Origin: Trichoplax adhaerens
Lineage: Eukaryota; Animalia; Placozoa
Direction of reading: 5' to 3'
Assembly: GCF_000150275.1 (NCBI RefSeq)
Contig: NW_002060944.1
Coordinates: forward strand, 189,614-253,613
Length of the DNA stretch: 64,000 bases
The translations under genes were made by a program, and so were the position numbers. How positions within the stretch are numbered: position 1 is the first letter of the stretch; each line of letters begins with the position of its first letter. The notes below the pieces were generated by a model that ran no database searches, was not told where the DNA came from, and was given only the letters and a program-made list of their open reading frames with translations. Below, piece after piece: positions 53,279 through 64,000 of this stretch.

Positions 53279-56200
53279 TTAATGTTGTAGTGGATTAAGG
53301 AACCACATACTGCCTTTATTAGCACAGACGTCCTACAGAATATTATAGATGAAATCGTAACATGATTAACATTAATTCAATAGTCTATTAATAAGCATAA
53401 GTTCTGCTAATTCCATACTAAAAAAATGACATACCTTCACAATCTTTAGATATTGCTTATCATTTGGTGCTTCGCCAGTTTTTTCAACCATAGCTAAGAC
53501 AATCTCCCTGCGGCGTAGTTTAGCCTTGTCTTTAAATAGATCTAGCAACACTTCTCTATACTAGAGGCATTTAGAAAGATTTCATATTCATTTAAACTAC
53601 CGTGATTTAATTATTAACCAACAATACCCGTCTCATTGAATGTTATAATTGAAGGATGTTTAAAAGTAAAACGCTGAATTATAAATACACAATAGTACAA
53701 GTATACAAACGTGATAATCTAAAGTCATTCATTTACCTTATCATTAGTTTCATTTAATTTCCGTTTAACATATAACTTTGAGGGTGTTTCATTTGGTGAT
53801 AAAGGCTAATATGCGATATTGATAGTAAGTACGACGATAATTAGTGATAATGGTGTATGACATGAAATTTATCATATAATCTACGTAGGAAAGTAAGAAG
53901 ATCATTATATTCTACCTGATGTTCTAGTTCTGTCACTCCAATTTCTTTTAAACATCTCTTTAACGTATTGTCGGAAACTCCTTTTGCCATAATATGATCC
54001 TCCTTTAAAGCTGTATTCAACATCATTCAAAATGAATCTTACTGGACGTGTCTTGTGTAAGATTTCGGCTTATCTTAGACAGGATTATCGACAAAAAATG
54101 ATTCATACTAACTTCCTTGGTAAAGTAATAACCGTCTTTTTAGTGTTTCTAAGCTATAAATTGAACGATCAAAGATTTCGCATAACCAGTTCTTTACAAC
54201 AACGATTAATTCATCTGGTACAGCTGAAGTATTGTTATTGTCATCATTTTCCGCCTGCTTAAGCTCGTTCATACGATCAGTTGTCTCTGCTACAGATTCG
54301 TCCACATCCATTGGCTCATCCTTAATTTTGATATCATCGCTACTGTTAAAATTACTTTGCTGAGCTATTGCCCCATCGGGAACGTTAATTTTAATCTTGC
54401 TGTTACTTGGGCCGTCAACAGAACTAGAGTTTGCATTTACATGTTTCGCAGCAAGTTTTTTAGCCATTTTAATACGTTCTTGGCCAGATATGATTGCCTT
54501 ATCTTTACCCATCACCGGTTTTTTATCTTGTACTGTCTCTGACTGGACCCCAGTCGGTTGAGTAGGTAATTTTAACCTTAATTTTAGTCTGTTAAACATA
54601 AAATAGAACATAATAAATGGGAAGTTACTAGCGTTATACACAAAATATAATATATGAAATTTATTACGCCAATTGTCTACAGCTTACTGCTGGTATTTCT
54701 TTTCCCAGTATTGTACCTGTCGCTGAGCTACATCAGGATACCTATTAAATTACATTGTAAAAATTACATATGGATTACAGTAAGGCTAGCGATAAGTTAT
54801 CAATAGTGCCTCATGCGTTACCTTTCAATAAATTGATAATCGTACGGCAGGCAAAATTCCCAACCTTTTGTGACACGAAGAAGGGCTACTTGCGTCATGA
54901 TTTCTTTCAAATCCTCGCTAGGTAGCTGACGAGCATATTACACGGAAGTTTTACTTTCAAGCACTAAACTTCTTTGACTTTGTTATGCGAATATATTACT
55001 ATGACTATGCATACAATACTGTACAATCTAGTAATGTATCACGCAGACTGTGTACCTTAACTACCATAGATATTTCTTTCCTGCTGGTTATACGAGTTTG
55101 TGTAAACTTCCATAACTGCCACAAGATACATTGCGATATTAGTAAACAACTATACTCGAGTACGTAAGAGCATAATAACACAATTTGTGAGGCATTTCAT
55201 TGAATTTACATCAACGAAATAAATCTCAACATAAAATCAGAGGAATACAATACATACCAGATAATCTCGAGCCAAGCACAACATATCAGACGGGATACCA
55301 GTAATTGGGCTAGTAGTTCCTTTTGGATAGAGCAGTTCACTAATTCGTTTAAATTTTTAAAATCATATTTAGTCATTTCATTTATCACATCAATTAGAGT
55401 GCTAAATCGTAAATAGCCATATTAATTCTATAAATCAAGACTGAACCTTTTAACTATCCAACACCCTTGTACCAGAACTGCAACTTGTTGCAAATATTGA
55501 ATAATGGCCGTATCATCGATATCAGAAGGCTTTGAAAGGATAGTGCCAAGCTGGCTGAACTGCATTGCTTTCGCTTTTATATTAGTGCATGAAATTTAGA
55601 AAGGAAAGTTTAAAAATTTTTGCTGAGCAAATAAATACCATATTGCAGTCTTTAACATACCACTGAGAAGAATCGATTTAATCTGTTCTGGTAAGCTCAT
55701 TGTTTTCAATTGTGTAATGGACAAGATATTTTCGGGATTAACCGAGACACTATGACGAAATAACATAGCAAAAATATTGCAGGACATTTTGAGAAATATG
55801 ATTGCATGATTATAAGAGTGCCAATATTAGATTGCTATTTTTACCTAACTTCCGCTGGAGGAGGCGGCATTAACGCATCCAAATAGCCTCTACGATGAAA
55901 CATTGTGCATACAAATCTTTACATTTATACATCACTAACCAAGATTTTAAAAGAAAAGATAATCATGTACCTATACGCAATAATGCAAAACTTACTTGGC
56001 AGATATACCGTAATCACATGTAATCTCATCCATATTTCCATTAGTTAATAACTCTCTTTCCACAGTGGCCCTGGTATCATCTCGACCCACAAACTCTGCT
56101 TCAATCCATTGTTCTTCAGCATTCTTCTTTTCAAGATATGCGTGAGAGCTAATTCGATAGGCCTTGGCTTGATCAGACTCAGGGACAGCATATCGAACCT

Positions 56201-58749
56201 AAGAATTGGCGAATAATGCAAATATGAAATATAATGATTGCTAAATGCTCTTAGGTAATCAAATAGTATGATTTAAAAATGAACATACAGTAACCGGTTT
56301 AATGTCTTCCTCTTCTTCGGAATCTGATTTTACAATGCCGCTATTGCTATTATCTAATTTTCCTGTACCGTTCGCACTTTCTGCCATATTAATATAATCA
56401 AAACTAGGCCGTAACTGAAGCATAGCTTGCACAGGAGTTACATGTAAAGCATCTAAGTATTAAAAAAATAGAAAAGTCTTACTTGTTGATTTAAATCTTG
56501 ATGCAAGGTACAACATAATCGGCCTTTTGATGTTATTACAAACAACTTTAAGTAATCTATGCAACGAAATAAACACTTACTATTTTTCATAATCCCTACA
56601 GCATAACGATCATTATTTTCTGCCTTCATAGAAGCTAGCACCTGCTTATCCATGACAGAACTGTAAAATAAAGTTAACCTATTACAATAGATCAACATGA
56701 CAATGCCGCGCTAGCTACCGTAGGACCTGTCTTAATCTACATCACGCAATTACTATTATCTAAGGACAAATTAATTGTACGAAATGAATTAATTTTAGAC
56801 CAATAGACAATCATACTCATCCTAAATACCAATGCTATACTTGTGTTAATCGAATAGTAAATATGCAATAACAAGATACTTATTTAACTAAAAAGGTTAC
56901 AACCTATTATAAAAAGTCTGATTGTTTCCTTTTAGAGAGTTGGATTCATTGACCGCTCGAGCCATATCTTCACCTTTATTTGTACAGTAATTTTTTTCAG
57001 TATCGACCGCTACTTCTAGTTCAACCTATAACAAGTTTCATTAACGAGACAATGAGTTAAGCTTTGGATATTAGAATCGTGGTCAAGGCCAAAGCCTACT
57101 TACCTTTTGCTGTTTTGGCTTGATACGAGCTTTCATGCATGATGTGTCAGCGTAAGGCATCCGAGTGGACCTTACCGGATACTAGAATGGATAATATTCA
57201 ATTACAACGAATAATTTTCAGTTGAGTTCCTAAAAACCTGTTCTAATAAACTATCATAGCAAAACGTAAATTGGTGGTTTCACGTCGATTCTAATTACCA
57301 TAGTAGAGTATCATGGATTAGTAAGTAGTGCAGAAAGGCATGCATTGCTCTACATCGTACAGTATTATGTTTACAAAAAATGATTTGTGAATACTTTAAG
57401 ACGATCATTCGAGTCGAAATTTTAATTCATTGTGCTGGTGATCAGCAAATATTTTGCTGATTTCGCCAACAAGTAAATTGATTATAAGCAAGATGGAGTT
57501 TTATCTAACAGAGCCTTAAATGACTGTTAAAAGCGATCGTAAAGGACGATAACTTATTATGTGAAACAGATTATAAGAATTTCATCTATACTTAAATGAC
57601 TGGTGCTCTATTTTGTTGTAAGCCAAGCAAGTCGTTGCATTAGCTAACACGTTGTACTGCAACCACGATTACGAGCAACTCCCAAATTTACAAACGGCTA
57701 CCATATTCACAGCCACAAAGGATAGGATAGAATGTATTTCACGTTCTGTATCGTTCAAAATTGATAGTCAACGAGTATACTTTACTGCGATCGTCATTAA
57801 AATAATGCATAACATAAAATTAATCGGGCTGGCCAAGTATCATTTCAGTTCAAAGTTCTACAATAATTATGAATGCATCGCGGCCTATTTTTAATATTGT
57901 GCAGGTTTAACAAGTATTAACTTGCACGATAATGGAATATTTCACTTTGTCGTCAAATCGTGTAGAAAGATATACATATTAAGAAAATACTAGCTTTGCT
58001 ACAAGTATGAATTCATCATTGGTATCCACTTATCATATAGAATATTGCAATACCTCAATGGACATGATTTCTAGTGGAAATATTGTCAAACAGGTGAATG
58101 CTATACCGTATTCGAGTCTCTAGGCTTGTCAATCCGGCATTGACTGGAGTAATGATGGAGATTACTCTTCAATACAAGTCGACAACTAAATTTCATTAAT
58201 ATGTTGCCCGTGTGGACAGAAATCTGATTAGCCTATCATCCCTCCATGGTTGGTGTACTACTTTTCCAGGCTCTTGTTAATGCTACAGTAGAAGATTATT
58301 AACTCAAGTCTGCAATGACAAGGAATGAAGACTCCACAACGTCAGGAATGAATTGAACGGGATAACTCATCATCCTTCCATTGTAGTATTCTATTCATTA
58401 ATAATCATGCTAGCAGACTTTATCGATACTAATCAAGATCTGTCTTCATGATATTATTAACAGGCTCATTTCATTACAGCTATCAGCTTACCATCATCAG
58501 GTATAAATTATCCTTTAAATGATGAGACAAGTAGACGTCGATCTATGAAGAAAAGCACAACATGAACTTTATTCTTATTCATGTTCACAATTAATAAGCT
58601 TTCATTGCCTTTCAAGAACTTTTCCATGATAGTAGTATCTAGATTAACTAGTAGGATGATGGAAAAAGTCAATTTTATACCTCTTTAACAACAGGATCGT
58701 CTTCATCGCTGCTCTCACTCGAGTTATGGCCACTTTCTTGCTCAGCCAT
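53279..58749 (-). CDS. POLR3E: RNA polymerase III subunit RPC5 (about 18 exons)
   Basis: DEDDPVVKE/IDVYLSHHLKDNLYLMM/YPVRS..KARIKPKQQK/VELEVAVDT..NYCTNKGE, ALHVTPVQAMLQLRPSFDY, VAVLVQGCWIVKS, ARDYL/LWKFTQ, GWEFCLPYD, C-terminal winged-helix region ending DVCANKGSMWFLNPLQH*. Confidence 0.95.
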
Positions 58750-58965
58750 TTTGGATTCGTTTACTGTTACGCATGCGTTAAATGTCTGTGCTAGTTTTAC
58801 CACTTGCAAATATATAACTGAATGAACCAATACTTGCAGCTGTATAGGGTATCGTACAGTTGTAACGTGAGTCCAAATTGTTTAACGCTATATTACAATG
58901 GGGTTCCACCCGGAGAAGGTTATGGTTTGGGTAGCGATAGTTCAGCTTCTACATAGGCAAACCTA

Positions 58966-60450
58966 AATGGCTGCTGAAAAGATTCGAGTAATTGATAAAT
59001 GAGAATATTATAAGCTGAAAAGTCAGACTTTTGAGATCAGGTAGGTAATCCTAGTTTGCAGTTAGCTGAAGATCAGCTGCTATTGGACAGATACTATGAT
59101 ATTTTACATCAATATTGGATGAAAAACTTAAAAAAATGAGGATTTAAGGGTCTGGTATTTTTGCCTGCATCTTATAGTTGGAATATGGCTATAGATTAAC
59201 GATATGGAGACAATATGGATTTGCACAGGATACGTAGAGTATATCAATATATATCTAAGGTTCAACTAAATAGCTGCTGCTGGATTTGAGAAATTGATAA
59301 AACCTGAAAGTTAGACTTTTAAGACCAGGTAGACGATCTTAGTTTTGCAATTAGCTGAAAATCAGCTACTATTGGACAAATACTAGGATATTTTATATCA
59401 AAATTGGAGGAAAATTTTTTAAAATGAGGATTTAGAGGTCTGGCATTGTGCCTGCATGCTATCCTAGTTTGAAGGCAGCTATAGATTAATTATACGGAGA
59501 CAATGTGCATTTGCACAGGTGATGGCATAGAGTATATCGATATTTGAGGTCAAACCAAATAGCTGCTACCAGATTTAAGAAATTGATAAATGAGAATGTT
59601 ATAACTTGGAAAGTCATACTTTGGGGACCAGATAGACGATCCAAGTTTGCAATTAGCTGAAGATCAACTAGTATTGCACAGATACTATGATATTTTATGC
59701 CAATATTGGATGAAAAACTTAAAAAAAATGAGGATTTCGAGGTCTGATATTTTGCCTGCCTCCTTCCTATTCTAGTTATAAGATGGCTATAGATTAACTA
59801 TATGGAGACAACGTGTATTTGCACTTATCAATACTTGAGGTAAAACTAAATAGCAGCTGCCAGATTTGAGAAATTGATAAATGAGAATATTTAACCTGAA
59901 AAGTTGGACTTTTGAGACCAGGTAGACGATTTTAGATTTGCAATTAGCTATAAAGATCAACTGGTATCGGACAGATGCTATAATATTTTATGTCAATATT
60001 GGATACAACAACTTGAAAAATGAGGACTTGAAAGTCTGATATTTTGCCCGCATCCTGCCCTAGCTTGAACATAGCTATAGATTAACTACATGGAGACAAT
60101 GTGCATTTGCACAGGTGATGAGATAGAGTATATCGATATTTGAGGTAAAACTAAATAGCTGCGGCCAGATTTGAGCAATTGATAATGAGAATGTTACAAC
60201 CTGAAAAGCCGGACTTTTAAGACCAGGTAGACGATCTTAATTTGTAATTAGCTGAAGATTAGCTACTAGACAGACACTCTGATATTTTACGTCAATATTG
60301 GAAGAAAACTTCAAGATCAAGGATTTGGAAGTCTGTTATTTTGCCTGCATCCTGTTCCAGCTTGATGCTAGCTATAGATTAACTACAGGAAGACATGGGT
60401 ATTTATAAAGGTGATGATAACACAGAGCATATCAATAGTTGAATCTAGAC
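58966..60450. repeat. About 295-bp tandem repeat, five diverged copies (plus a relic to about 60610)
   Basis: Anchor aattgataa at 58990, 59292, 59581, 59872, 60177. Shared blocks include gaccaggtagacgat, ttagctgaagat, atgaggattt, gctatagattaac.a.a.ggagaca and tttgcacagg. Indels are not multiples of three. Confidence 0.95.
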
Positions 60451-61776
60451 CAAACTCAATTTACTAATACTAATAATATTGTAGGCTGAAAGATGAGAGC
60501 TTGAGGTCATGTATTGAGTCCGAACTTGCAGATATAGCCGTAGGTTAACTGCTTGGGGACACACTCTGATTTAATGGAATTGTAGAGTACTGTACAGTAT
60601 AGTATATCGGTAGGGGAATATAAATGACTGGCAACTATCTATGTTAAATAACCCTATGTATGAATATTTTGAGCTCTATTTTTCATGGCGTAAAATCGTC
60701 CAATATTCAGTATAATAATTAAATGCACCAATTGATGCTTCACTGCATACATAAAATAAAGAAGTGTGATAAAATATTGTACATATTCCGTGATAATACC
60801 ACCCATCCTTCCTTGAAACGAGCAGTGCGGGGGTCATTTATAGTACTGTTAGATGACTCTGATTATGTAGAAGATTCTTACAGTACTTTTTACCTCAAGA
60901 TTTCTTCATGTAAAACGAATAGCTCTAAGGTAGTCATTTCTGCAGAGTACTGATTATTGAAATAGTATTCGTTACATCGTTAAGGGTGGCCACTGGGCCT
61001 TTAAATTTTGATTTCAATTAATATTCTGATGAAAATTGATATAGAATTGATCACAGTACTAAGGACATTGTACCGCACTGTCGATATCTTACAGTACCTG
61101 CTAATCTTAACTTGGTATGTCCATCACCGTACATTAATTATCATCATGTGCTTTGGACCATTAACTAATCTTAATATAGCATTTCATCCGTGAATGCATT
61201 ATTAAAAAGTAGTATTCTAGAAGCATAGCTGTGAATATAGTAGTGCCTGGCTATTACCGGGATATAAATAATGTCGAATGGCAATACTATCTGTTAATTA
61301 TTAAAAAATAAGTACATTATCGTAAACCGTCAGCAAAGCGACGTGAATTTGTACTAGTTTATAACTAAATATAGTACATCATCCTTACCATAAATCGAAG
61401 AAGTGTGATAAATAATGCACATTCCGACAAATTGATGCCTGAATCAACCATCATACCTGTACATCATTCTAGCTATAAATCATATACAGTATTAGTAGTT
61501 GATAAGGTATGATTGAGTCTTCATCTTGAAAGCTCTCACTAGGAATTGAGTATAGCCGAGCCAATGCTCTATTGCATGGTGCAAAGATTTAGCATTTTAA
61601 TTAATTATTCCAGATTTAACACCTTTGGAATCTTTCCCATACGGACAGTCAACGAACAATTGTTGTGTGGATACCCTCTTATAAGTTAGCTAATAATATC
61701 GTCTAGTTGTCTACTGTCTTATGATAGCAACACCATAATTGAAATCAATTTTGTAGAACAGTCTTGCTATCTAGAA

Positions 61777-64000
61777 ATGGCTACGCATAAAAATATCCGC
61801 TCTACCATTCAATATTTTCATGACAATGATGCATTTTGTAAAATTATTCCTATCGAACATTTATTATCACGTCTTGTAATGAATAAAATTATCTTGAAAA
61901 AACATGCGGCAAGAATAAAGCGTAAAAACTGCAGACAGGAAAAGAATCAATTATTCTGTCAGATTTTACGAAAAGAAAGAAATGAAACTAATTTTATGAC
62001 ATTTTGCGATTTATTGTGCTGCGAATACGATCGAAATGTGGCAGAGATTGGACGCACTTTGCATGATATGGCCAGCTCACCAGGTATATCCAATGTAATA
62101 AACATGTGATTATAAATATTGAAATGAAGGTGTAAAGTAACAATAATTAAAATACTAATTGCATTCAAGAGGTATTGGCAATAATGTCTTTCCATCGACT
62201 TTCTGGAGCTACTGTAAAACTTAAAGTATTTTCGATAGTACACTGCACTCATTTATTGCTATCTTATCATCGTGCCAATACAATACTGGTATTATTATGA
62301 GAGATATTAACAAAATACTAATAAATTCACCTATGCATTTGTCTACTTTTTCTTCAATTATAGCATGTTGGAAAGAAGACAGCTATCAAAATTTCTCGCT
62401 TGACAGCTGTATCAAACCCCTAGCTGACCTTAATTTAACTTCTTTCAATTCTCCACAATATCATGCACTAAAAATGCAGCATGATTCCAGTGGTGCTCGA
62501 CTACCAATTGGATATGTAGCGAACATCAAAGTAGAAGAACTAATTGCAATACAAAATCGGGAAGTCAAGAATCGAATCCAGTCATTGGATTTATTTTATC
62601 AAAATCCCTTCATTAAGTTAGGAGTTTTTTTAAGGGCAACTGGTATTCCGGTAACATTAATTATGGTATTGTGGCAGCAAGATTTCATTTTTTCGATGGA
62701 TATACTACAATATTTAGCCAAAGTAGGCTTACTAACCTTGTCCAAGAAAAACGAAAGGTAAAAAATCGAATATCCTTTTAGTTCTAAGAATAGGAATGGC
62801 CCATGATCGGTCTCATCCCAATATAGCTAGGTCCAATATTTGATCATTCAGTATAAGTACGATTATTTAATTCATACAGCAGCATTGACTAAAATATGAC
62901 GTCGATTTATAACATAACAGTAATGAAATTTCTCCCCGTAAATAATCCTATTTTATTGCTAGCCAATGACTGAAATTCAAGCTGTGTATAAATAAGCCCT
63001 GCAAACACTATATGCTGTTATTTGCAACTACAAAAATTTGTTTCACAGAAAATACCTAAAGTAGAAGGGTTAAATTTTTGGATATTTTTTCTAAATTCAT
63101 CCATTTGTTACCGTGATTACTAGCATCTTATGATATTAAAATCATGTTTTACTATATAGTAATAACAGCTGTAATATTTCCAGCAACGCCACCGTTAAAG
63201 TAACTTATTTTCAATCAATTGTCTAGATGATCCCAATAATACCATTCTTAATATGTACCAGTTAAGTTATTTTCTTAGTATATATGCTCTATTTACGATT
63301 AAACTTGAGGTCAACCAGTGAGAAAAGTGATATTAGTAAAATTAGATCCTATTTATAAGCATATATGTCACTTATAGAATGGAAGTTTTCAGTAAAGCTA
63401 TGGAAAAGCAGGCTAGGTTTAGTTTAAATGCGAATGATAATTAATAAATTTGTCCGTAAGGCGGTTTAAAAATATCAATTTTAATCTAAAGGCCCGGCAG
63501 TTTGCATTTCCTGAGTTGAAAATTTTACGTAGCTATCGTGACCATAAAATACCGCTAAACTAGGCAGGATTGGACAGAAGTTAAAGCCATATTTGTTTTG
63601 ACAGTTAAATTTTACTTTCTGAACACGCACCGCAGAATGTTCATTTTTGGGATTATTATACTTCCTGGATAACGAACAGTACAACTTATAATTACTAACT
63701 TGGTTTATAAATTTATGCCATAAAGATAAATGATTAATTCACATGGATATATCTTTATTTTAGGAATTGCTGCAATATCGACGAAGACGCGTTTAAATAC
63801 GTTCAAAATATCCAGTCTTATAAGCCCGATTGTCATTCTTTGCTTTTAGATGAGCTAGAATTACAATGTCATGGAAACTGGCACGAATTGCCAAATGATG
63901 GCTATATCTATCATTATCTTGTAAATCATGAGATAGCAGCAAACAAATTTAAATCAGTAAAATCGCTTATAACTAATTTGCGATGGCTTGATTGTAAAGT
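61777..64000 (+). CDS. Apaf-1-like protein: CARD-like death fold + winged helix + HD2, no NB-ARC ATPase (3' end runs off the window)
   Basis: Exons 61777-62083, 62364-62757 and 63764-64000 join in frame (phases 1 and 2). Exon 1 is CARD-like (IPIEHLLSRLVMNKII..RIKRKNCRQEKNQLFCQILRKE..NFMTFCDLL). Exon 2 FIKLGVFLRATGIPVTLIMVLWQQD..DILQYLAKVGLL resembles the Apaf-1 WHD. Exon 3 CHGNWHELPNDGYIYHYLVNH..KSLITNLRWLDCK resembles Apaf-1 HD2 (APAF1_C). Confidence 0.8.

Noticed and set aside
58150-58232. C/D-box snoRNA-like pattern (ATGATGG..CTGA) in a POLR3E intron
   Set aside because: Antisense to the host gene, imperfect box C, no evident guide sequence.
41437-58749. U12-type (AT-AC or GTATCCT) introns in CLCN7 or POLR3E
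   Set aside because: The junctions I traced were ordinary GT-AG; not every junction was checked.
58966-60450. Protein-coding (LRR-like) reading of the 295-bp array
   Set aside because: Stops in the frame examined, no long ORF in the track, and indels that are not multiples of three.

Overview
AT-rich eukaryotic DNA with many short GT-AG introns, most consistent with a placozoan (Trichoplax-like) genome; this is inferred from composition, intron size and gene content. Most short ORFs in the supplied track are single exons or noise, so gene models were rebuilt by hand from splice sites. A backbone of conserved spliced genes is present: RhoGDI (-), an R7-family RGS (-), a short ninein/NINL-like gene (+), CLCN7 (-), MRPL12 (+) and POLR3E (-). 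Between RGS and NINL lies an intronless, fast-turnover island (about 17.5-30.6 kb). It holds four tandem copies (one intact, three dead) of a bacterial-type YukJ/DUF2278 gene, a disrupted ~655-aa multipass membrane gene, and TPR and probable GPCR relics. At the right edge is an Apaf-1-like gene that has CARD, winged-helix and HD2 domains but no NB-ARC nucleotide-binding domain. The region upstream of MRPL12 is saturated with TACAGTA/TACTGTA 5-bp insertions. The same insertions separate aligned paralogous copies elsewhere and match Tc1/mariner excision footprints. All family assignments are by eye from remembered motifs; no searches were run.
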